Virus record (IMG/VR): IMGVR_UViG_3300034283_002348
Location: 1 to 25,832 of that record
Length of the DNA stretch: 25,832 nucleotides
Strand: one strand, 5' to 3'
From: a virus
Taxonomy: Duplodnaviria; Caudoviricetes
Of this stretch, positions 15,830-23,575 are shown in pieces. The notes below the pieces were generated by a model. The model worked only from the letters and a program-made list of their open reading frames with translations. It was not told where the DNA came from and ran no database searches. Numbering within the stretch: the first letter of the stretch is position 1; the number at the start of each line of letters is the position of its first letter. The translations under genes and the position numbers were made by a program.

Positions 15830-17089
15830 TTATAAGCTTCCTAGCATATAATCTTCAGCTTTTTTTGTTCTCTCACAGGTATTGCTCATTTTTTCGATAG
15901 TCTCCCTCGAGACTAGGGCCGGGTGTGCCCACCAGTCCTCGTAGCTGGAATTTTTATCACTTGAGATGTTGGTTACAATCAGCTCGTAACCCTGTTCTAA
16001 TAGGTACTTCCTTGATTTGTCTCTAAAAGTTTTAGTCTCATCATCGTAGTAGTCGTGCTCGTAGGTAATAGTTGCGAATTTGTACTCATCTAAAGGCAGA
16101 GCTAGCAGAATCTCGTAGGTATTGCTAGGGGGGTCGCAGTCTAGCTGCAGATAGTCGATCTCTTTTCCTAAATTTGCTTTTCTTAAGAAGTCTCGGTAGT
16201 CTATCGCTACTGCATCCTGGCAGTGTACGTCATTCTTACGAGCTTTTTTAAACTTATCTACCTCATCCTGTGAGATCTCTATAGATACTCCTTTCCAGTC
16301 AAACTCTGACTCTAGTAAGGCGGTGTTGCTGTTATGGAACGGATCACCGGAGCCTATTTCAAGGTACCTTCCCTGGGTTTTACCGTCTAGCATAGCTAAC
16401 ACAAACATATCTTGATAGGTCTGAGAGAAGTTTTTCCTGATGGTCTCTGACCCTTTAAACTTAAAGGCCAGGTCTTTATGCTTGTCGGAAGTATAAGGAG
16501 TTATTGGAAAAATATTTCCTCCGATCCTCCTTAAATTATTCCTACATATCTCAGCATACTCGTCAGTCATAGAGTAACTATCCATTAACTCCCGGAATAT
16601 CTCCCTACTTTCACTGCATCTTCCAATCCACCACCCGGCTACGGCCTTTTCTACTAAAAGACTGTACCACCCTGGGTACCTGACATCTGTTAATAACGGT
16701 GGATGATCAACAGAGCACACCTCCAATCCCATAGCCGAATAAGTGTATGCTTCCTGCTGCTTACCCTTGCTCTGGTAATATCTTGCTAGACATACGTATG
16801 CTTCTGGTCTTTTTGGGTGCAGGGCTAGGGCGTGAAGTAACTGACCTATTGCTGAATTCTCTCTCCGGGTCTGACAGTCTAGCATTAAGAAATTTCTTAT
16901 AAGACTTTCATACTGTAAATCTTTTTCTGTAGATAATTCTGCCGTCCGGAGATATAGCGACATCGCGGCAGCGAATTGCCCATTTTTTTCGTATTCAACA
17001 GCTAAAGAAAAATTACTAATTGGTTCATTAGGATTTTCAATATAAAGTTCAAGTATTTCTTGCAGCTGGTTACCCATAAATAAATTCAT
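15830..17089 (-). CDS. TPR-repeat protein fused to an FkbM-like (Methyltransf_21) SAM-dependent methyltransferase
   Basis: N-terminal TPR-like helices (P.RPEAY..LARYY); C-terminal FSQ..QD, YLEIGSGD...SNT.LLE...W.G.SIE, IDYLQLDCD, ITYEHD. An alternative start is at 17077. Confidence 0.75.
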   Translation of the reverse strand: MNLFMGNQLQEILELYIENPNEPISNFSLAVEYEKNGQFAAAMSLYLRTAELSTEKDLQYESLIRNFLMLDCQTRRENSAIGQLLHALALHPKRPEAYVCLARYYQSKGKQQEAYTYSAMGLEVCSVDHPPLLTDVRYPGWYSLLVEKAVAGWWIGRCSESREIFRELMDSYSMTDEYAEICRNNLRRIGGNIFPITPYTSDKHKDLAFKFKGSETIRKNFSQTYQDMFVLAMLDGKTQGRYLEIGSGDPFHNSNTALLESEFDWKGVSIEISQDEVDKFKKARKNDVHCQDAVAIDYRDFLRKANLGKEIDYLQLDCDPPSNTYEILLALPLDEYKFATITYEHDYYDDETKTFRDKSRKYLLEQGYELIVTNISSDKNSSYEDWWAHPALVSRETIEKMSNTCERTKKAEDYMLGSL

Positions 17090-18053
17090 CTATAAAAGTT
17101 TTAGGTACCTCTAAAATATAGGCTGCATTGTCGTGATAACCGAATGTAATCAGGACTTTGTCCCGGTAACAGGTCAGGCCGCAGCTAAACTCTACTGCAC
17201 CGTCTAAAAAATTAAAATCAGTAGAAGTTTTAACGATATTCCAGTTTTTATCCCAGATCACGAACCGGTGTAAGTAGCGGCCATCTTTATTCCCTGGCTC
17301 GTTATTCCATAGGTCAACCTCATGGGTGATGGCGATATAATTCCCATTCCAGGGTATGACTTGAGATCCTCCTCTTAAGTCCCTAATCCCTTCTATCATG
17401 CTGCTAGATCGGGCGATGGTCTTGCTTGAATTTGTAGCTAAGTCGACTTTTACAACCTCGGTTGGATTAGACCATTTCACCATATGAAAAGGCATATCAA
17501 TAATAGGCATCCAATTTTTTTCACAGTAGGAGTCAAAATCGTTGGGAGCTTGGATCCTAGTCCGTGAGATCTCTTTGATCTTCTGATCGTATTCTTTTAC
17601 CTCAGTAAACTCCATCCTTCCTTGACCTTCAGTGGTAGTGTCTCTTCGCACACCTATTAGATAGAGCTTGTTATCCCACCTCACTACCCGGGCGTCTTCC
17701 AGGCCTACGAAATCCCAGATCGGAGGCTGATCAAGTCTTGAGGTGTCAACTTTGTTGAGCTGGGTGATGTTGAGGTCGGAGTCTAGCTTGCATAGAAAGT
17801 TATCCGTCCGAAGATAGGGATCGTCTTCTGGATGCATGTAGGTCAAAGGGCCCCACCTGCTTTCAAACTTTTTTCCGAATTCAGAGTTGTAGAAGTTATA
17901 ACCTACATGACGGATATTAACAAGGATTTGATCTCCGTCGATGTAGACTGAGGGATTGCATAACCCCGTACCTCCTGTTAGTTCAGAAGGTATTAACAGA
18001 GGACGGATCTTCCCGCCTGCTTTTAATGCCTTTTTTACAAAGTTTACTTGCAT
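17070..18053 (-). CDS. Five-bladed beta-propeller glycosidase/phosphorylase-like protein (GH130/DUF377-like)
   Basis: NPSV, GLEDARVV, EKNWMP, LRGGS and VEFSCGL motifs. Confidence 0.7.
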   Translation of the reverse strand: MQVNFVKKALKAGGKIRPLLIPSELTGGTGLCNPSVYIDGDQILVNIRHVGYNFYNSEFGKKFESRWGPLTYMHPEDDPYLRTDNFLCKLDSDLNITQLNKVDTSRLDQPPIWDFVGLEDARVVRWDNKLYLIGVRRDTTTEGQGRMEFTEVKEYDQKIKEISRTRIQAPNDFDSYCEKNWMPIIDMPFHMVKWSNPTEVVKVDLATNSSKTIARSSSMIEGIRDLRGGSQVIPWNGNYIAITHEVDLWNNEPGNKDGRYLHRFVIWDKNWNIVKTSTDFNFLDGAVEFSCGLTCYRDKVLITFGYHDNAAYILEVPKTFIDEFIYG

Positions 18054-18062
18054 TATAACTTA

Positions 18063-18107
18063 TTAATCGGATCTATAATTTTTAGCAAAACTAAACACGT
18101 TTTCCAT
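18063..18107 (-). CDS. Possible 14-aa leader peptide or gene remnant
   Basis: ATG GAA AAC GTG...TAA (MENVFSFAKNYRSD*) begins 8 nt after a -10-like box and ends 9 nt before the 18053 ATG. Confidence 0.3.
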   Translation of the reverse strand: MENVFSFAKNYRSD

Positions 18108-18113
18108 GCTGTT

Positions 18114-18144
18114 TAAATATACGAACATCAAACTAAACTAGCAA
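18114..18144 (-). promoter_or_regulatory. Host-sigma-type promoter
   Basis: TTGCTA-N17-TATATT(TA). It also fits the Bacteroidota TTG-N20-TAnnTTT(G/A) pattern. Confidence 0.65.
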
Positions 18145-18151
18145 GTAATTC

Positions 18152-19075
18152 TTACGTTTTATCTACAGTATCAGTTAATTTTTTAAAGTCAAACATTTCG
18201 AATACATCATCGTAGGGACATTGAATAGCATCCCCAGTGAAATCATAGTCAAATAAGTATGATGTTAAAAGTTTTGGTTTATGTTTAGGTGGGTTTGATT
18301 TAATATTTGAATGCAATTCATAACCAAATACTTTAGGTGATGTTCCTATCCATAAAACTGTTGAAGGGAGCTTCATTGCAGCGGCGGCATGTTGTAAGCT
18401 TGAATCAATTAAAATACGTTTCTGAGATACTGCTAAAATTGAAACTAATTCAAAATTAGTTAAAGGTTGAGTAATAGCTTCTACTCCAGGATAGGCCTGA
18501 TTAGAATTTTTACAAATTTGTATAATATGATAATCTTGAGAGTACTTATCAATTAACTGCATAGCTAAAGCAGGTGGCATATCTCTAGTCCAAGAGTATG
18601 AGTTTGTATCCTGTAGTGCACCCCCGTTGGTATGTAGCAGCATTACAGGTTTTTCTCGATTCCAATTAAACATAAATTGTTTTTGAATCATATTAGGTAG
18701 AAGTACAGGTTGCTGATTTGTGTATTCTAATCCAAAAATTTCACACCAACTTTGAATTAGGTGCTGCTGTTTATTGATATGACCTGATTGAAAATATCCT
18801 TCATGTCTAAAGACTATTGTGTCTTTATCTTCAATATAATCTTGGTAGAAATAAGGAGAATTACCTGCGGGGTATACTCTATCGATTTCTGGGAAGTTCA
18901 GGAATACTTCAGGGTAAGATGCTACCATGATAAATTTTCTATCAGGGTATGTTTTTTTAATAGTTGATAAAAGAGAAGTAGCAGCAATATTTTTGCCTAA
19001 TCCTCCTTCAATATGCCAAACTATATATTTTTCTTTAACTTCTTCTTTAACTTCTTCTTGAAAACCTACTTTCAT
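18152..19075 (-). CDS. GT9-like (heptosyltransferase-fold) glycosyltransferase
   Basis: N-terminal GGLGK..AAT.LL..IK..YP and C-terminal IDSSLQHAAAAM.LPS.VLW motif of the GT9 family. Confidence 0.75.
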   Translation of the reverse strand: MKVGFQEEVKEEVKEKYIVWHIEGGLGKNIAATSLLSTIKKTYPDRKFIMVASYPEVFLNFPEIDRVYPAGNSPYFYQDYIEDKDTIVFRHEGYFQSGHINKQQHLIQSWCEIFGLEYTNQQPVLLPNMIQKQFMFNWNREKPVMLLHTNGGALQDTNSYSWTRDMPPALAMQLIDKYSQDYHIIQICKNSNQAYPGVEAITQPLTNFELVSILAVSQKRILIDSSLQHAAAAMKLPSTVLWIGTSPKVFGYELHSNIKSNPPKHKPKLLTSYLFDYDFTGDAIQCPYDDVFEMFDFKKLTDTVDKT

Positions 19076-19893
19076 ATTTTGTATTCAAATAATTCATAAA
19101 ACCATGGATAACCATCTGTAACTAACTTACAACCTTTTTCACCTAAAATCTCTTCAAAATCTTCTTTAGGTAGTTCAACTTTTTTTCTGATAACGTGATC
19201 TCCAAATACACCGTGGACTCGATCATCTTCAACTGTAAGCTGTTCAACGTTATCAAAATCGTGTTGAAATTCCTTTAGCCCTAAATAAGAGTAAATTCGT
19301 TTTAGTTCTTTTTTAGGGTTTGTACAAAGATCTTCAAACTTAATAAACAATACTTTTTCGTGTTGTTTAGTTAAAATTGAATCATATAAACGATCTAGAG
19401 TTTGACCAATTGGAAGATTATTAGACCAGTAAACAATTCGTTTATCTAAATTTGTTCCGGTTAAACCGTTCCAGTCTGCTATTGCTAGATTTTTTTCGGG
19501 ATTTGCTCTGTATTTTTTCTCCATAGAAGCAAATACTGCTCTTAAATCTCGAATCATACAAATCACTTTAGGTTCAGAATCATAAAAATTTATAAAATTT
19601 AATTCAGAATTCCAAGCTCTAGTTTTATCTACTACATAGGGCTTATCTGTTATAGAATTGTAGTAGCCGTATATAGCACCTTTTAAGGCACCACGAAAGC
19701 TATTTTCCATTATTTGCTCATCTTGAGCTCGAATAGCATGATCCGTGCTATAGATAGTTCTCATAGCATCTATATATGAAAATAATCCTGAAGTAGGTGA
19801 ACAGTAAATTTCGGGGTTCTGAGCTAAAATGTTTTGGACTAATGTAGAACCTGCTCTAGGTAGAGAACTATTATAAAAAACCTTTTTTACCAT
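19072..19893 (-). CDS. PAPS-dependent sulfotransferase family protein
   Basis: 5'-PSB loop SLPRAGSTL, VDK, 3'-PB motif RDLRAVFAS, and FEDLCTNP...L..IY.YLG. Confidence 0.85.
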   Translation of the reverse strand: MVKKVFYNSSLPRAGSTLVQNILAQNPEIYCSPTSGLFSYIDAMRTIYSTDHAIRAQDEQIMENSFRGALKGAIYGYYNSITDKPYVVDKTRAWNSELNFINFYDSEPKVICMIRDLRAVFASMEKKYRANPEKNLAIADWNGLTGTNLDKRIVYWSNNLPIGQTLDRLYDSILTKQHEKVLFIKFEDLCTNPKKELKRIYSYLGLKEFQHDFDNVEQLTVEDDRVHGVFGDHVIRKKVELPKEDFEEILGEKGCKLVTDGYPWFYELFEYKI

Positions 19894-19899
19894 AAGTTG

Positions 19900-20166
19900 T
19901 TAATTATTAATGTAAACGTTTGCTGAATTTACAGCCTCAGCAATACTTGCTGAGTGCTCGGGAGTGATATTGTCTCTAAACCAGTAATGATCCATCATAA
20001 TATCCAAGTAGTCTCTTTGCCGGGTCACTGCGTCAGTTTTTTCTTGTTGGCTAGCATACACCCATAAACTACCATTTATAATAGAATGTATAGCTAATAC
20101 TTGACTATTAGAATTATCTATAATAGCTAGATAATCGGGCGGTGGCAAGGGTAGTTCGTTTTCCAT
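19900..20166 (-). CDS. Hypothetical protein (88 aa), first gene of the enzyme cassette
   Basis: Co-oriented ORF directly after a promoter-like site; helical; no recognisable motif. Confidence 0.7.
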   Translation of the reverse strand: MENELPLPPPDYLAIIDNSNSQVLAIHSIINGSLWVYASQQEKTDAVTRQRDYLDIMMDHYWFRDNITPEHSASIAEAVNSANVYINN

Positions 20167-20173
20167 ATTCTAT

Positions 20174-20203
20174 AATATAGTGAAGTTATTTAATAAATCC
20201 AAA
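20174..20203 (-). promoter_or_regulatory. Host-sigma-type promoter
   Basis: (T)TTGGAT-N17-TATATT, 7 nt upstream of the ATG at 20166. Confidence 0.6.
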
Positions 20204-20205
20204 TT

Positions 20206-21912
20206 TTAAGTTAAAGCTACTACTCTTTCTTTTAAAGAAACTACTCTTTGATATAATTCTTGAATAGCTTTTATGTGGGAGGCATGTAAATTAGAAGATT
20301 GTAGTCTAACTACTTTACCATTATCTCCAATAGCATCCCACTTTATATCAAGTTCATTTAAGATATCACGAATTTCTTGAGATATGTAACCATATTCCTC
20401 TTGTTCTTGAGCTAGTGTGCCATCTTTTTGACCAAACTCAAAACCACATTTTTCAACATAATTATCTCTAACATCCCAGTTAAAGCTTATAGGACGGAGT
20501 TTTTTAATAAACTGTAAACCTAGTTTGGGGTTTAAGTCTTTTATGTTTGCTTTATCTCTACAATCCGATACGTTTTGCCAAACACTACCTACTTCATTAT
20601 TTACAGTGTTAAAACTAGCACCCCACATTGTATGCCCCGTTATTCCATCAGGACGGGAATTATGCCCTACTGCTATATTATTATTAAAATCAGCACTACA
20701 AAAAGTAGGGTAGGCGCATGAGCCTACGAAAGTATTGTTAACATTTAAACAAGAAACAGAACCAGATGAAAATCCAGCTTTGTATCCTACAGCTACATTA
20801 TTAGTTCCCGAGAGTCCGAATCCTGCTTTAGCTCCTATAAAAATATTATCACCGGAATAAGTATTGCCTTTTCCAGCACAAAACCCAATCATTAAGTCTG
20901 GAAAAATCTGGCCTGTTAAATCTCCGGCATAAGATCCTAGAGCTATATTAAAACAAGTAGTCATTCCAACACCTGCCTTATACCCAACCATTGTACTCCC
21001 ATTAGTTCCAGTTATACTACATCCAGCAAAAGCTCCGTGCATTGTATTAAAAGCACCAGTTGTTATAGCACATCCTGCTTTAAAACCTACTCCTGTATTA
21101 CCTTTTCCGGTTGATACACCGGCTAAAGCAAAAGCACCAAAAGCTGTGTTATTATATCCTGTAGAGGAGGCAGCACCATATAAAGCTTTAAAACCAAAAG
21201 CTGTATTATTAGGACCATTTATACGTTGAGCTGCTCGAGAACCAAAAGCAGTATTATTTCCTGTTGCGCTGTTGACTTCTTTTGCAGCAGCGTATCCAAA
21301 AGCTGTATTAGCAGTTCCTGTTTGGTTATTACATAAAGCGTTAGCTCCAAAAGCTGTGTTTCGACATCCTGTAGTATTACGGTAAGAAGCACAAATACCT
21401 ATAGCTGTATTTTCTCCGCCTGATGTATTGTTTCTTAAAGCACTAGCACCAACGGCTGTATTATTATTACCAGTAACAACACCCCCTCCCATAGCTTGGA
21501 AACCTACTGCTGTATTTCTTAAACCAGTAGAATTACTTTGTAAAGCAGAACTACCAAAAGCAGTATTATAACATCCTGTATTTTGATCCCTTAAGGCATT
21601 ATTACCTACTGCGGTATTACAAAATCCTGTTGTATTATATCTAAGAGCACAAGCTCCTATAGCAACATTACACCCACCTCCACTGTTTAAAAATCCCGCA
21701 AAAAAACCTACTGCTGTATTTCTTAAACCAAAATCCGCTGTACCTGTACATTTTAGGGCTCCATCTCCTACGGCTGTATTAAAACAACCTCGGTTTGCTA
21801 CGTTTGCTATGTACTGCAGGGCTCCTATACCGATAGCTGTAGTACCTGTACAACTATTAGCACCTCGACCAACACATATTCCGTTTACTGAGCTTTTTAG
21901 TAGGATTGCCAT
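20206..21912 (-). CDS. Cys-rich beta-roll fibre/spike protein with C-terminal S74 intramolecular chaperone
   Basis: Tandem ~14-aa NTA(V/F)G..AL..NTTG repeats; SDCRDK cleavage motif, L.P.SFNW, YG.I.QE, terminal coiled coil. Confidence 0.85.
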   Translation of the reverse strand: MAILLKSSVNGICVGRGANSCTGTTAIGIGALQYIANVANRGCFNTAVGDGALKCTGTADFGLRNTAVGFFAGFLNSGGGCNVAIGACALRYNTTGFCNTAVGNNALRDQNTGCYNTAFGSSALQSNSTGLRNTAVGFQAMGGGVVTGNNNTAVGASALRNNTSGGENTAIGICASYRNTTGCRNTAFGANALCNNQTGTANTAFGYAAAKEVNSATGNNTAFGSRAAQRINGPNNTAFGFKALYGAASSTGYNNTAFGAFALAGVSTGKGNTGVGFKAGCAITTGAFNTMHGAFAGCSITGTNGSTMVGYKAGVGMTTCFNIALGSYAGDLTGQIFPDLMIGFCAGKGNTYSGDNIFIGAKAGFGLSGTNNVAVGYKAGFSSGSVSCLNVNNTFVGSCAYPTFCSADFNNNIAVGHNSRPDGITGHTMWGASFNTVNNEVGSVWQNVSDCRDKANIKDLNPKLGLQFIKKLRPISFNWDVRDNYVEKCGFEFGQKDGTLAQEQEEYGYISQEIRDILNELDIKWDAIGDNGKVVRLQSSNLHASHIKAIQELYQRVVSLKERVVALT

Positions 21913-23574
21913 TTATTTAGATTCTAATATTAATGTTTTGTTTTCTAAATATTCAACTTTTTCTAAAAGTTGTTGAATTGTTTTAGTAATACTAGCGTTT
22001 AAAGAACTATGCTGTAAGCTATAGTGGGTTTCTTCAGTTCCTTTTACAGCATCCCATCTTATATCAAGTTCATTAAAAGTTTGTTTAATTTCTTGAGCAA
22101 TAAAACCATATTCTTTATGATTAACCATTAAGGTACCATCTTTTTGCCCAAATTCAAAGCCGCATTTACTAACATACTCATCTCTCTTATCCCAGTTAAA
22201 GCTTACAGGTTTTAACTTTTTAATAAATTCTAAACCTAATTTAGGATTTAAGTCTTTAATATTTGCTTTATCTCTTTGGTCTGATACTTCATACCAATCA
22301 TCATAAACACAATTACAAGTACCACGACTCCATCTTGTTTCACAAATTGGGGGAGCTCCGGTATAGGTTCCAATAGTAACAACACAACAACGAGTAGGGT
22401 AGATATTGTTTCTACAGCCGATACTAGTAGTTTTTGTAGCACCTAGAGAAGTGTAAAACATTGATCTAAAACCAATTGATACAAGGTCGGTAGTACCTCC
22501 GGCTGCATAATGGGCTGCTGAAGTTCCTAAACCAACGTTTTTACCTCCAGTTGAAGGTCCTCTTAGAGCACTATTACCAACAGCAGTATTATAACAGGCT
22601 GTTGAAGTGCTTAATAAGGCTAAATCTCCTAATGCTGTATGGCCTTTACTTGTTGTTATAGCTTGAATAGCTCTGTATCCTATACCTGTATTATCAGTTC
22701 CAGTTGTTAGATCTTTTACAGAATATTCTCCACCTCCTGTGTTTCTAGCTCCGGTAGCAGAAGATAAAGATTGTCTTCCAAAAGCTGTAAGACTGTTTGT
22801 GGTAGCATTAACCATTAGAGTATCACTTCCAAATCCAGTATTGTAACAAGCTGTTGTTACACAACACATTGCTCTTTGTCCTACTCCTGTATTGTATTTA
22901 GCGGTTGTAGCTTTGTTAAAAGAAGCCCAACCTGCAAAAGTATTACCACATCCCGTAGTTAAAGCACAGCTGCCATAATCTCCTATAGAAGTATTATCTA
23001 GTCCTGTAGATAAAGTATCTAAATTAAATGCTCCTGCTCCTGTATTTCTACAACCTGTAGTAATTTGAGGTAGACTACCCGCACTCGTGTTATAGCCTCC
23101 TGAGGTTATACAAACTAGGCTACCATTGCCTATACTTGTATTACCACATCCAGTAGTTGAACCATTAACTCCGTATTGGGAGCGGTGACCTATTGCAGTG
23201 TTAGCATTACCTGTTGTTCTGTTTTTTTGTGATGCGTATCCAATTGATGTATTGCGATTGCCTAGATTTCGTTGAAGAGCAGCTGATCCGGCAGCTGTAT
23301 TATCTTCTGTGGTTGTATTACTATTTAAAGCAAATTCACCAATAGCAGTATTTCTTACACCTGTAGTATTTGCTCTTAAAGCTTGTAGACCAATAGCTGT
23401 ATTATAGCATCCTGAAGTGTTAGCACAAAGTGCTAAGTACCCAACCGCAGTATTTCTTAGTCCAGTTGTGTTACTGGCTAAAGAGCACTGTCCAAAAACA
23501 GTATTACCAAAGCAACTATTATTGCCTTTTCCTAGTCTAACACAATTAGTAAATGATTCTTGTAAACTAGCCAT
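21913..23574 (-). CDS. Cys-rich beta-roll fibre/spike protein with C-terminal S74 intramolecular chaperone
   Basis: Same repeats; SDQRDK, PVSFNWD, YGFIAQE. Confidence 0.85.
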   Translation of the reverse strand: MASLQESFTNCVRLGKGNNSCFGNTVFGQCSLASNTTGLRNTAVGYLALCANTSGCYNTAIGLQALRANTTGVRNTAIGEFALNSNTTTEDNTAAGSAALQRNLGNRNTSIGYASQKNRTTGNANTAIGHRSQYGVNGSTTGCGNTSIGNGSLVCITSGGYNTSAGSLPQITTGCRNTGAGAFNLDTLSTGLDNTSIGDYGSCALTTGCGNTFAGWASFNKATTAKYNTGVGQRAMCCVTTACYNTGFGSDTLMVNATTNSLTAFGRQSLSSATGARNTGGGEYSVKDLTTGTDNTGIGYRAIQAITTSKGHTALGDLALLSTSTACYNTAVGNSALRGPSTGGKNVGLGTSAAHYAAGGTTDLVSIGFRSMFYTSLGATKTTSIGCRNNIYPTRCCVVTIGTYTGAPPICETRWSRGTCNCVYDDWYEVSDQRDKANIKDLNPKLGLEFIKKLKPVSFNWDKRDEYVSKCGFEFGQKDGTLMVNHKEYGFIAQEIKQTFNELDIRWDAVKGTEETHYSLQHSSLNASITKTIQQLLEKVEYLENKTLILESK

Positions 23575-23575
23575 A

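Noticed and set aside
19031-19057. 12-nt tandem duplication encoding EEVKEEVK
   Set aside because: A trivial in-frame slippage in a likely disordered N-terminus.
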